A stretch of 64,000 nucleotides of DNA from Candidatus Saccharimonadota bacterium (GTDB taxonomy: Bacteria > Patescibacteriota > Saccharimonadia > Saccharimonadales > UBA4665), in contig JAICKC010000003.1 in assembly GCA_025928155.1 (NCBI GenBank), forward strand, positions 9,069 through 73,068. Direction: 5' to 3'. The notes under the pieces were generated by a model. It did no database searches, was not told the origin of the DNA, and was given only the letters and a program-made list of their open reading frames with translations. Position 1 is the first letter of the stretch. Each line of letters starts with the position of its first letter. The position numbers were made by a program, and so were the translations under genes. This document shows positions 10,190-19,225 of this stretch, in pieces.

Positions 10190-10676
10190 GCTCTGCTACA
10201 GCTTTCTTCACCAATGGGCGCCAATCGTGCGTGCCTGTATACTTCAGTTCATCGAGGCTTACCAGCGGATACCATTCTGGCATCTCTGCGTACACTTTTT
10301 CATAGCTATCAAAACCTTCCATAGAAAACTCCCCACCCACAAAGTCGCATAAGTAATACAGGAGAAGGGTTTGATAGTACTGAGCCGTGCCGTCACCATT
10401 ATTCCAAGCGAAAAACTGGGGCGCGACTGCCAGGAATTGGGGGTTGGCAACGTCAATTCCCGTCTCCTCTTTCGTCTCCCGCACGACCGCCTCTTCCGGC
10501 GCCTCTCCCAGCTCAATACCACCCCCGGGTAAATTGTTGCGCCCAAAATGCTTCGCCGTTAGCAGTTGACCGTCCTTCATGACGATGGCGTAAGCCGAGG
10601 GGCGCCATCGTAGCTTGTCAGGCGATACGCTGTACGCATTGCCATCAACATCGTAACAGGTGACTGTTCTGGTCAT
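10170..10676 (-). CDS. NUDIX hydrolase
   Basis: Nudix box GGGIELGEAPEEAVVRETKEETGI. Its 3' end overlaps the ruvC start by 20 nt. Confidence 0.8.
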   Translation of the reverse strand: MTRTVTCYDVDGNAYSVSPDKLRWRPSAYAIVMKDGQLLTAKHFGRNNLPGGGIELGEAPEEAVVRETKEETGIDVANPQFLAVAPQFFAWNNGDGTAQYYQTLLLYYLCDFVGGEFSMEGFDSYEKVYAEMPEWYPLVSLDELKYTGTHDWRPLVKKAVAEHENTRH

Positions 10677-10716
10677 ATAGCTATTGTAGCCTACGGTTAG
10701 TATAAAATAGGCTAGT

Positions 10717-11766
10717 ATGATCGCTGGACGCTACCATTTCAGCAGCCGTATGGAGTATTTTCAGGAGCTCACCGATTTTGCTCGACACGCTGGCAAAGGT
10801 GACCGAATGTCCGTAGCGACTATGGTGTTTACGGCCGAGGAGCCGGCCATTGGTGAGATGATATACGAGATGACGAATGCGGCGCGGCGCGGCGCACGCG
10901 TTATTCTATCGGTTGATGCGTTTAGTTTCTTGTTAGGCCAGCACTTGAAGCCGGGTCCACTATGGTTTGGCACCGAGCTTTCAGCACGTTCGCCGGAGCC
11001 GTTCGGCGAACGGTTCGCAGCACTCAAAACATTAGCCGAAGCGGGCGGTGCGTACGTCATTACTAACCGACCGAAGCGGCGATTCACCATTCCGCAGGCC
11101 GGACGCTCGCACATCAAATTCGCCGTGCTAAACGACCGCATCTACATCGGCGGCCACAACCTTGAAAGGCCGAGTGACATAGACGTAATGGCTCACTGGG
11201 ACGACCATGGGGCCGCGGATTACCTTCTTGGTTTTACCCAAGCAGTAGTGAAGACGGGCAGTCCGCGTATGGTGCTCCATGGGCACGACGTGCAGCGGCG
11301 TCTCAATGACGACACAACGCTGCTTATCGACGCTGGCACGCCGCGCCAATCGCTCATTCTGGACGAGGCATGGCAGCTCATCGACGAAGCCGAGGAGCGG
11401 CTGTTCATGACCTGTCAGTACTTTCCCGGCGGACGCACCGGCCAGCACCTCGCACGCGCCCTGCAGCGCGGCGTGCAGGTAACGCTGTATTATAGCCACC
11501 CTAGTGCTCAGGACAGCGAAGCGGCCGGACACCATCTGTATGCTCTGCGGGAGCGCCTCCGCTTGCCCGCCGAGCTCTTTACGCATCGGTTGCCGAAAAA
11601 CTACCCAAAGCTCCACGCTAAGGTGCTCGTGAGCGAAAAGGCTGCCATGCTCGGCAGTCATAACTACGTAGTGCAGGGTGTACGCCTCGGAACCTCCGAG
11701 ATCGCCTTGCTATCCAAAGATCCTGTATTCGGGCAGCAACTAGTTGAGTGTTTTTCGAACTTATAA
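10717..11766 (+). CDS. Phospholipase D-like (two HKD-type motifs) family protein
   Basis: HIKFAVLNDRIYIGGHN and HAKVLVSEKAAMLGSHN. Both HKD motifs are slightly non-canonical. Confidence 0.7.
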   Translation: MIAGRYHFSSRMEYFQELTDFARHAGKGDRMSVATMVFTAEEPAIGEMIYEMTNAARRGARVILSVDAFSFLLGQHLKPGPLWFGTELSARSPEPFGERFAALKTLAEAGGAYVITNRPKRRFTIPQAGRSHIKFAVLNDRIYIGGHNLERPSDIDVMAHWDDHGAADYLLGFTQAVVKTGSPRMVLHGHDVQRRLNDDTTLLIDAGTPRQSLILDEAWQLIDEAEERLFMTCQYFPGGRTGQHLARALQRGVQVTLYYSHPSAQDSEAAGHHLYALRERLRLPAELFTHRLPKNYPKLHAKVLVSEKAAMLGSHNYVVQGVRLGTSEIALLSKDPVFGQQLVECFSNL

Positions 11767-11812
11767 ACAAACTGCGCACCGAGGAGCTGGAACTATCAGA
11801 CTATTTTGTAGG

Positions 11813-11837
11813 AATAAGAGAGAAAGAGAAGATTGAG
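11813..11837. repeat. Left arm of the inverted repeat bracketing the lsr2 patch
   Basis: aataagaga[gaaagaga]agattgag. Without the bracketed 8 nt it is the exact reverse complement of 12509-12525. Confidence 0.7.
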
Positions 11838-12007
11838 CGGGTAGTAGGGACAGGAGTAGCGGCGATGAGTGCCGGAAGCATGACTACAAAAACCACAGGG
11901 GGGTTAGCAAGCAGCGCCGCCGGAGCGGATGGTAAAGAGCGTGTTACAGCTCACGAGGCGTCCGGAGACGGCTCGTCCATCCGCCCCTGCGGGCTGCCCG
12001 TACCGAG

Positions 12008-12331
12008 CTACTTGCCGGTGGCGGCCTGGTATCTGGCGATGACCTCGGCGGGAACGCGTCCGCGTTCCTTGATGTCGATGCCATTCTCATGGGCCCAGGC
12101 ACGGACCGCCACGGTGTCGACGGAGCTCGGCTTGCGGGTGGGGCGGCGCGGCGCACTGCCAACCTTGCGGGCGTGCTGGATGTAGTTCTTCAGGGCGTCG
12201 CGCAGCTCGTCGGCGTGGCGGGTGCTGAGGTCGATCTCGTACGGGGTGCCGTCGAGGCCAAACCGCACGGTCTCGTCCGCGGGACCCTCGTCGAGGTCGT
12301 CGACGAACAGGACCTGTACTTTCTGACTCAT
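12008..12331 (-). CDS. lsr2: Lsr2 family nucleoid-associated protein (actinobacterial H-NS analogue)
   Basis: MSQKVQVLFVDDLDEGPADETVRFGLDGTPYEIDLS...ERGRVPAEVIARYQAATGK is collinear with mycobacterial Lsr2, including the RGR DNA-binding motif. Sampled lines in this CDS are about 65-72% GC. Confidence 0.85.
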   Translation of the reverse strand: MSQKVQVLFVDDLDEGPADETVRFGLDGTPYEIDLSTRHADELRDALKNYIQHARKVGSAPRRPTRKPSSVDTVAVRAWAHENGIDIKERGRVPAEVIARYQAATGK

Positions 12332-12508
12332 TGCTAATGGGTACCTCTCTGTGGGGGTTGACCTGGCAGCGCCGAGGTCCTTTTTTCCCTGATCTCAACC
12401 ATCGTTGGTTAGGACTGGGTTCGTAAGTTCGAGAAGACAACCCTAACAGGTTCTACTCAAACGTACCAAGCCAGTCCCGACACTAAACGGAGGGGAGATA
12501 ATTAGATA

Positions 12509-12525
12509 CTCAATCTTCTCTTATT
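12509..12525. repeat. Right arm of the inverted repeat bracketing the lsr2 patch
   Basis: ctcaatcttctcttatt is the reverse complement of aataagagaagattgag. Confidence 0.7.
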
Positions 12526-12597
12526 AAGGTGCAGGTTAGCGGTATAAGCCAACCAGCAAACTGATATTATACAATATATTATGCTATTAAGTCAAAA

Positions 12598-13320
12598 TTA
12601 TAGTAGCGACTCATCGATGTCGAAATTGACGTGAGCGTTGGTGACGTCATCAACCTCATCCAGAGCGTCCATGAGGCGCATGATTTTGCCGGCAGTATCT
12701 TTATCGGTAATTTCGATTACGGTGTTAGGTACGTAGCTGAGTTCGGCCTCAATAACTTCTACGCCAGCGTCGCGCAGCGCGTCGCGCACCTTAGCAAGAT
12801 CGCCCGCGGCTGTGTAGACCACACTCTCGTCACCCTCTTCTTGCACATCGTCGGCGCCGGCATCAAGCGCCTGGAGCATCAGCTCGTCACCTATCCCCTT
12901 CACGCGTATCACACCTTTGCGGTCAAATTGGAACGCCACCGCGCCCTTTTCGGCAATATTGCCACCATGTTTACTGAACGCCAATTTAACCATCGGGTAA
13001 GTACGGTTGATATTGTCGGTCGCAGCCTCTACCAAAATTGCCACGCCACCCGGACCGTAACCTTCGTACAGCACTTCTTGCAGTTGCGCCGCATCCTTGT
13101 CCTTTGCGCGGTCAATGCTGCGCTGGATATTGGCCATCGGCATGTTGGAAGCCTTGGCCTTATCAACGGCCAAACGCAACGCGAAGTTCGTCTCCGGGTC
13201 GGTGCCAGCGCGCGCCGCTATAGCAATATTGTTGCCGAGTTTCGTAAACAGCGCGCCGCGCGCCGCGTCTTTGGCGCCCTTTTCGCGCTTAATAGTCGAC
13301 CATTTGGAGTGTCCCGACAT
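12598..13320 (-). CDS. yebC: YebC/PmpR family DNA-binding transcriptional regulator
   Basis: MSGHSKWSTIKREKGAKDAARG. Full-length family signature. Confidence 0.95.
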   Translation of the reverse strand: MSGHSKWSTIKREKGAKDAARGALFTKLGNNIAIAARAGTDPETNFALRLAVDKAKASNMPMANIQRSIDRAKDKDAAQLQEVLYEGYGPGGVAILVEAATDNINRTYPMVKLAFSKHGGNIAEKGAVAFQFDRKGVIRVKGIGDELMLQALDAGADDVQEEGDESVVYTAAGDLAKVRDALRDAGVEVIEAELSYVPNTVIEITDKDTAGKIMRLMDALDEVDDVTNAHVNFDIDESLL

Positions 13321-13473
13321 GTCCTAAATATTGCTCCTTTATATCTGTTATTCTAACAGATTTCTCCCGGATTTGAAATCGATATGGGAGCTTCCCAAAA
13401 TAGTACAGCGGAAATGAAAAACAGACTACCGGAGCGCAGGTTTTCGCTCGCACTGTGCGGTTTTGGAAGATCC

Positions 13474-13878
13474 CTACGCGGCGGGCTGGGAGGCGTTGTC
13501 AACCTCACGAATAAGTTTAATAAGCTCATCCGGCGTAGCCCAAGCCTTAAGCATGTAATGCATGGCGCCAAGTGAAAACGCTTCGTCAATTTCGTGCTGA
13601 TCGTCGTAGTTACTGAAGACAATGATTTTGGTCTCAGGGTAGTTGTCCTTGGGTTTCAGTTGTTTCAAAAATTCTATGCCGTCCATAACGGGCATGCGCA
13701 GGTCCAGCAGAATAATGTCCGGTTTCTCTTTAGTAAGCAGGTCCAGCGCTTCCTTGCCATTGTAGGCACGCAGCAATGAAATATTCGCTGCTGCCAGCAC
13801 GCGCGCGTATGCCTCATTGAGCAGCTGTTCATCCTCTACGATGAGCACTTGTAAGTCTTTGTCGTTCGTTTTTGCCAT
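13474..13878 (-). CDS. Single-domain response regulator (REC only)
   Basis: VLIVEDEQ, DIILLDLRMPVMDG, and a conserved K region. Start set at MAKTNDK (ATG at 13878). Confidence 0.85.
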   Translation of the reverse strand: MAKTNDKDLQVLIVEDEQLLNEAYARVLAAANISLLRAYNGKEALDLLTKEKPDIILLDLRMPVMDGIEFLKQLKPKDNYPETKIIVFSNYDDQHEIDEAFSLGAMHYMLKAWATPDELIKLIREVDNASQPAA

Positions 13879-13959
13879 AGCTACTCCTCTTGTACTGCCG
13901 ATTGGTCCATTATACGAATGGGGAGAGCGTTTGTACTGTAACCCAGTTCGCATATTTCT

Positions 13960-15630
13960 TCAGCCCTTTCTTCGGGCGTCTCCCTTTTTGATATTTTTAT
14001 TGTGCATGAGCGGCAGCGAAATGGCAAACGTCGTACCTTTGCCAATGCGTGACTCCACGTCCACGGTACCGTCATGCAGCCGGACAATTTCGGCCGTAAG
14101 ATACAGGCCGATGCCGCTCCCACCGGCCTCCACGCTCAAAGGGTTATGAATACGCGAAAATTTCACAAACAATTTGCCAATATCTTTTTTGCGAATGCCG
14201 ACGCCCGTGTCACTAACGCGCAAGACGGCATTCCCCCGTACCACCGTGAGCGTCATGCGGACGCTACCGCCTTTGGGTGTGTAAACGCTCGCGTTTTGTA
14301 CGACGTTTTCGATGGCCATACGCAGGTAGCTCAAATCGGCCGCAACGTACACCGGGTCGGCTGGCACGCGCACCGTAAAGGTATGTTCGCGCTGTTCGAA
14401 CACAGGCCGCATTTCAGCGGCAATACCTTGGACAAGCGAACGCAGGTCGAGCGGCATTAGGGCGACCACCAGCTTGCCAGTATCAACGCGCGCGGCGCTC
14501 AAAATTTGGTTGATGATCTGAATTTGCCGCTCATTGCCTTCAAACGCCTTTTCAAGTACGTCGTACTGCATTTCGGTTATGTCGCCCACATAGCCTTGCA
14601 GCATCATGCCGATATACTGCTTCACCGCTGTGGCAGGCGTGCGCAGCTGGTGGCTGGCCAGCGCCACGAACTCGTCCTTGCTGCGCGAGATAGCTTCGAG
14701 CTCCTCGTTGCGCTGCCGCAGGATGCGCGCCGCTTGGCGGTTCAGCCGGTCCTGCTGGCGCGCCAGCGCAACCTGGGCTTGGAGAGTTCGCTGCTCGGTC
14801 AGGTCAACCACTACGCCAGAAAACGTACCGTCTTCGCCCTTTTCTGGCTCGCCGCGAGCCAGAATCCAACGAATCGTTCCGTCTTGCATATACACTCGAC
14901 ACTCTTCCTCGAACAGCACATTTCGCTTCAGACTACGCTGCACGGCAGCAATTACGCGCGGCCGGTCATCCTTGTGCACGGACTCCAGAAACATATCAAT
15001 GGTGTAGGTATGGGCTAGTTCATCAGGCGTGAAAAATAGTTTTTTGAAGTTTTCGTCACCCGTAATCCTGCCATCTGTCGGATCGAAGACCCAGCTGCCA
15101 AGCTTGCCGATAGTGAGCGCGGCGCTCAACCGACTCTCCATTGCCTTAGTCTCCTCCGCAGCCTGCATTTCGTCCGTCACATCGTGGATGATGCACAATA
15201 TGTGACACACTTTGCCCGCAGTATCTCGTAGCGGTACGTAGGCGCCTTGCAGATAGACAGTGCGCTTTACACCGCCAACACCAAACACGGTACCTCGCAC
15301 CGCCTCAAGTCGATAAGAACGGCCGGTACGCATGACTTGCTGCAGGTGTTGCCGCAAGTCTTTGCCAGGCCCACTTTTGAATTGCTCGCCGGTATACGGC
15401 GGTACCGAAAAAAGCGGCCGGCCAATGGTATCGGCACGCGAAATCTGCATCATTTCCTCGCGCGCCTTATTTGCTTCTACAATCATGTAGTCGGGGTCAG
15501 ACGCTTCAAACAGCAAACAGGCGTCGGGTAAATCCCGAAACAGCCGCCAGTAATCAACGGTTTTTTGCCCATCCGCCACCGCCCTAGACCGCGACGTTTT
15601 CGAACTCATCGCTCCCTGTTGCGGCCACAA
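13960..15630 (-). CDS. Soluble sensor histidine kinase with tandem PAS domains (PAS-PAS-HisKA-HATPase)
   Basis: H-box ALASHQLRTPATAV, N-box NVVQNASVYTPKGG, G-boxes VSDTGVGI and GGSGIGLYL. No TM segment. The start is uncertain (15630 or 15609) and overlaps the crp-like gene end. Confidence 0.85.
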   Translation of the reverse strand: MWPQQGAMSSKTSRSRAVADGQKTVDYWRLFRDLPDACLLFEASDPDYMIVEANKAREEMMQISRADTIGRPLFSVPPYTGEQFKSGPGKDLRQHLQQVMRTGRSYRLEAVRGTVFGVGGVKRTVYLQGAYVPLRDTAGKVCHILCIIHDVTDEMQAAEETKAMESRLSAALTIGKLGSWVFDPTDGRITGDENFKKLFFTPDELAHTYTIDMFLESVHKDDRPRVIAAVQRSLKRNVLFEEECRVYMQDGTIRWILARGEPEKGEDGTFSGVVVDLTEQRTLQAQVALARQQDRLNRQAARILRQRNEELEAISRSKDEFVALASHQLRTPATAVKQYIGMMLQGYVGDITEMQYDVLEKAFEGNERQIQIINQILSAARVDTGKLVVALMPLDLRSLVQGIAAEMRPVFEQREHTFTVRVPADPVYVAADLSYLRMAIENVVQNASVYTPKGGSVRMTLTVVRGNAVLRVSDTGVGIRKKDIGKLFVKFSRIHNPLSVEAGGSGIGLYLTAEIVRLHDGTVDVESRIGKGTTFAISLPLMHNKNIKKGDARRKG

Positions 15631-16261
15631 GCAACGACACGTTTACATAGTACGAAAAACGCTGGTAGCTTATGAGTTTTTTAGCCTTCAGTTTGTGCAG
15701 TTCTACGGCCGTAGTTTCGCGTGTCAAGCCGACCATTTCGGCGATGTCCTGGTGACTTAAGCGCAGGCAGATTTTCGTAAGGCCGTTGGCCTGCTTTTCA
15801 CCGAACCGCGCTACCAGATACTGTAAGATATACACGAGCTTTTCCTGTGCATGCGAATGTTCCAGCGCGTATATGTGCATGGTGGCGCTGATGTAGTGCG
15901 ACATGTAGGCCTGGAAGATCTGATCCTTAAGAACCGGGTCGGTTTCAAGCGCTGCCATAAATTCATTTTTGGGCAAATTGCGCACCGTGCAATCGGTGAG
16001 AGCTTCGTAGTAGTACAAACTCACGCGCGACATGCCAAATATACATTCCACCGGGAAAATATCGCCCGGGCTGAGTAATGTAACTGTGCGCTGGTCACCG
16101 CCATTGGTTATACCGTACACCTTTACGAGGCCGCTTTCCAACACCAACACGCCGCGCGGGACTTCGCCCTGGAACATAACGGTACGCTTCTTAGCGAACT
16201 GTCGTGTAACTCCCGCAGCCTTGAGCGCTCTCAATGTGTCAAGTCTTAGCCTCTCATCCAT
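15584..16261 (-). CDS. Crp/Fnr family transcriptional regulator (cNMP-binding domain + HTH)
   Basis: Beta-roll segment GDIFPVECIFG. C-terminal HTH SHQDIAEMVGLTRETTAVELHKLK. Confidence 0.8.
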   Translation of the reverse strand: MDERLRLDTLRALKAAGVTRQFAKKRTVMFQGEVPRGVLVLESGLVKVYGITNGGDQRTVTLLSPGDIFPVECIFGMSRVSLYYYEALTDCTVRNLPKNEFMAALETDPVLKDQIFQAYMSHYISATMHIYALEHSHAQEKLVYILQYLVARFGEKQANGLTKICLRLSHQDIAEMVGLTRETTAVELHKLKAKKLISYQRFSYYVNVSLLVAATGSDEFENVAV

Positions 16262-16509
16262 ATCATCTTTAGTATAGCTTCGCCAGCATTAATTACCAGT
16301 GTTTTCCGTTGCTCTTCGGGCCTGAAGCGCAGCGTAGCTAAAATGGTGATGACGCCCGCTTAGCCGCGCTATCGCCAGCAGAACTGCCCACCCAGATAGC
16401 ATACAGCCATATCTATAGCTGACCGGTACTAGTTTTCGCAAAAATACGCGGTAAACCGCTGAGCAAGTGGACGATATTGAACGATAAGCGCGCCCCACGA
16501 ACGTAAACG

Positions 16510-18309
16510 CTAGGCACCCTGCGAAAGTACTAACGCTGTGCTAGGGGGCAACACAAATGTGCCGTTGCCTGACTGTACGTGTACATCCGGCACATGTATG
16601 CCTGCGAAATCCGGGCTGTATTTTTTGTCGCTGCTGCAAAAACGCACACGCCATGTGCCGCTCAGCGGAAAGCCTATGCTGTAATTCGTGAACGCGTGGC
16701 TGCCAAAATTTACCACCACTACCACGTCGTCTTTGCTGCCGCCATTTTGCCAGCGGTGATAGGCGATGACTTTGTCGTTTTCGTTGACGTGCAGCAGGTT
16801 AAACGAGCGGCCGCCTAGTCCCGCACTTGTACCGTGCAGGTTGCGGCGTAGCGCTATCAGGTCGCGGTAGGCGCTTACAATACCCTTAAAATCTTCGGCA
16901 TTTTGCCACTCCAGCCCCTCCCAGTCATTGAAGTTACCGCTCATCATAAACTCCTGGCCTTGCAGCAGCATGGGAATACCGGGAGCCGTTAGTAGCAGCG
17001 TAGCCGCGAGTAGTGACTGCTGACGTGCAAACTGTCCGTCCGCCTTGCCCGGTGCAATAGCTTCGTTAAACCGCGCGGAGCCGTTGGCCGCCGAGTCGTG
17101 CGAGTCTACAAACACGATTCGCTGCATCGCGTCACCGTTGTAGGTTAGGTTCAGTTCGCCGAGCACGCCCGCCAGATTGATTTGTGCTGGATCGCTCGCT
17201 TGCAACGCTTCGCGCAACGCGTGTGGAAAGCCAACTCCCCACTGCGCCGAAAACCCTGCACCACCCTCACCAGCGGGCTTGGTTATATAATGGTTGGCCC
17301 CTACATCCTCACCAACAGTGAATGTGGCGGGGTTAAGTTTATGTGCCACTTCGTTGACCTGCTGCAGCAAGTGCCAGCCGTCAGCCAGGTCAGTGTCGGG
17401 TGCGTCGTTATAGCCGTTCGCATTGCGGATAAAGATAGTCGAGTCCACGCGCAGCCCATCCACATGGCAGTCGTACATCCACATGCGCACGTTGTCCAGA
17501 ATGTAGTCACGCACTTCAGGCCGACCGTAATCCGGCCGCGTATCACCCCACGGCGTCTTGCTGCGCCAGTCGTTATAAAAATAAATACCGCCTTTACCAT
17601 CCTGCGACCAGCCGTCGAACTGCCAGATGTCGATATCCGCCGGGCCGAGATGGTTGTACACCACATCCAGAATGACCGATATGCCACGCTCGTGGGCCGC
17701 GTTGACAAACTCATGGAACTTGTATCGCCCACCGTACTGTGACTCTACCGTGTAGATATACATGGGCGTATACCCCCACCACTCGCGCTGCGGTGTCATT
17801 GTGCTGATGGGCATAAGCTCGATGGTGGTCACACCAAGTTTGTGCAGGTAATCGAGTTTGGTCGTGATATCCTCGAACGTACCAATAGTCGACGGATCCG
17901 GCCGGTAGAACGTACCGACGTGCATCTCGTATACCACCTGCCGCTCAGGCTCGACCGGCTTAAAATCCTGGTCGGTCCAGTCAAAGTGCTTGTCCACCAC
18001 CACCGAATTGCCGGCCGAAGTCGTCACCTGCAGTGCCCGCGGGTCGTTCTTAAATAAATGCTGGTCGCCGTTAGTAATGGCGTAACGATATTCCTGGCCA
18101 GCCTGCGCGCCCGCTACAAAGGTCGCCCAGTAGCCATCGCCCTCGCTCTCCATAGATTGCTGTTGCCAGTCGTTGAACGAACCGCTCACGGCCACGGCGT
18201 TAGCAAACGGCGCCCACACCCGGAAGCTCACCCCGTTCTTTTGCAGTACCGCGCCGACATCTTTTTTGTGGTGCCCACTCATTTCCCCCATATTATGCCC
18301 GAGGGCCAC
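16510..18309 (-). CDS. GH13 alpha-glucan-active enzyme with N-terminal CBM48 (branching-enzyme / TreZ-like)
   Basis: GVSFRVWAPFANAVAVSGSFNDW (CBM48). GH13 regions VILDVVYNH, GLRVDS and FVDSHD. Confidence 0.85.
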   Translation of the reverse strand: MALGHNMGEMSGHHKKDVGAVLQKNGVSFRVWAPFANAVAVSGSFNDWQQQSMESEGDGYWATFVAGAQAGQEYRYAITNGDQHLFKNDPRALQVTTSAGNSVVVDKHFDWTDQDFKPVEPERQVVYEMHVGTFYRPDPSTIGTFEDITTKLDYLHKLGVTTIELMPISTMTPQREWWGYTPMYIYTVESQYGGRYKFHEFVNAAHERGISVILDVVYNHLGPADIDIWQFDGWSQDGKGGIYFYNDWRSKTPWGDTRPDYGRPEVRDYILDNVRMWMYDCHVDGLRVDSTIFIRNANGYNDAPDTDLADGWHLLQQVNEVAHKLNPATFTVGEDVGANHYITKPAGEGGAGFSAQWGVGFPHALREALQASDPAQINLAGVLGELNLTYNGDAMQRIVFVDSHDSAANGSARFNEAIAPGKADGQFARQQSLLAATLLLTAPGIPMLLQGQEFMMSGNFNDWEGLEWQNAEDFKGIVSAYRDLIALRRNLHGTSAGLGGRSFNLLHVNENDKVIAYHRWQNGGSKDDVVVVVNFGSHAFTNYSIGFPLSGTWRVRFCSSDKKYSPDFAGIHVPDVHVQSGNGTFVLPPSTALVLSQGA

Positions 18310-18397
18310 TCATAAGCGCAAGCGTGATGCTGAATCTACCGCTTTGACAGCATGTGCCCTATTTGCACGCTTTACAAAAAAGTTCTATGGTTAGAGC

Positions 18398-19183
18398 ATG
18401 AAGTGGCCCAGCTCGATTCGATTGATACGGCATGGGGAGTCGAAATATAACGCGCTGAGAGCCGCCAAAGCAGCCGACCCAGATTATCAGGACTTCCTGG
18501 CCTCCTACCACAACCGTAAAGAAGACCCCCGGACAGCTCGGACACTCGCCGAGGCGCTCATTTCCCACGGCGGCCTTATGCTCGGAACCAGCGACTACGA
18601 CACCGATATTACCGACCGCGGCAGATGGCAAGCCGAAGTCACGGGCGAAAAGTTACGCGAACGCGGCACGAAGCCGCCTGACATCATATTTGTTTCTCCG
18701 TATAAACGAACTACCGAGACGCTAGCCCATCTAGCGATTGGCTGGCCGGAGCTAAAAAGCGTGAGAACCGTAGAGGATGAGCGAGTACGCGAACAGGAGC
18801 ACGGGTTATCACTGCTATACAACGACTGGCGAATTTACCATGTAATGCACCCGGAGCAAGAACGACTCTATGAGCTAGAAGGCCCGTATTGGTACCGCTA
18901 CGCTCAGGGCGAGAACGTACCGGATATCCGAGAACGCTGGCGCTCTATGACCGGCACGTTTACGCGCGACTTTTCGGAGCAAGATGTACTCATAGTCACC
19001 CACCATTTGTCAATTCTTGCCTTTAGGGCAAACATGGAGCGCCTTGACCACCACGGCTTTACGCACCTTGACCGCACCCAGAAGCCGGTGAACTGTGGCG
19101 CAACTGACTACCTGGGCGACCCCACTCAGGGCAGCGATGGGCACCTAAGCCTCCATATGTACAACGAAAAGCTGTATGACTGA
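18398..19183 (+). CDS. Histidine phosphatase (phosphoglycerate mutase-like) family protein
   Basis: IRLIRHGES catalytic RHG motif. A second His region is VTHH. Confidence 0.8.
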   Translation: MKWPSSIRLIRHGESKYNALRAAKAADPDYQDFLASYHNRKEDPRTARTLAEALISHGGLMLGTSDYDTDITDRGRWQAEVTGEKLRERGTKPPDIIFVSPYKRTTETLAHLAIGWPELKSVRTVEDERVREQEHGLSLLYNDWRIYHVMHPEQERLYELEGPYWYRYAQGENVPDIRERWRSMTGTFTRDFSEQDVLIVTHHLSILAFRANMERLDHHGFTHLDRTQKPVNCGATDYLGDPTQGSDGHLSLHMYNEKLYD

Positions 19184-19225
19184 CCGACGTTACTAAGAAC
19201 GGACACCATACAGTACAATCAGAGC

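Noticed and set aside
11748-12440. ORFs 11748-12185 (+), 12089-12337 (+) and 12087-12440 (-) overlapping lsr2
   Set aside because: These are alternative frames of a region that is about 68% GC. Only the 12008-12331 (-) frame gives a recognisable protein (Lsr2). The others are Arg/Pro/Ala-rich artefacts.
12631-13356. 241-aa ORF on the plus strand, almost exactly as long as yebC and fully antisense to it
   Set aside because: The opposite strand encodes an unmistakable YebC protein. The antisense product is Arg/Ala/His-rich with no motif, and it has no SD. I treat it as a typical shadow ORF of a GC-biased gene.
13344-13360. Palindrome tctgtta-ttc-taacaga just upstream of yebC, considered as a possible operator
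   Set aside because: It is only a 7-bp half-site palindrome seen once, with no second copy or known cognate motif. That is too weak to call.
16289-16498. 69-aa ORF in the crp - GH13 intergenic region
   Set aside because: It has no SD and no motif, and it lies where the crp-operon promoter and the GH13 terminator are expected. There is insufficient support to call it.
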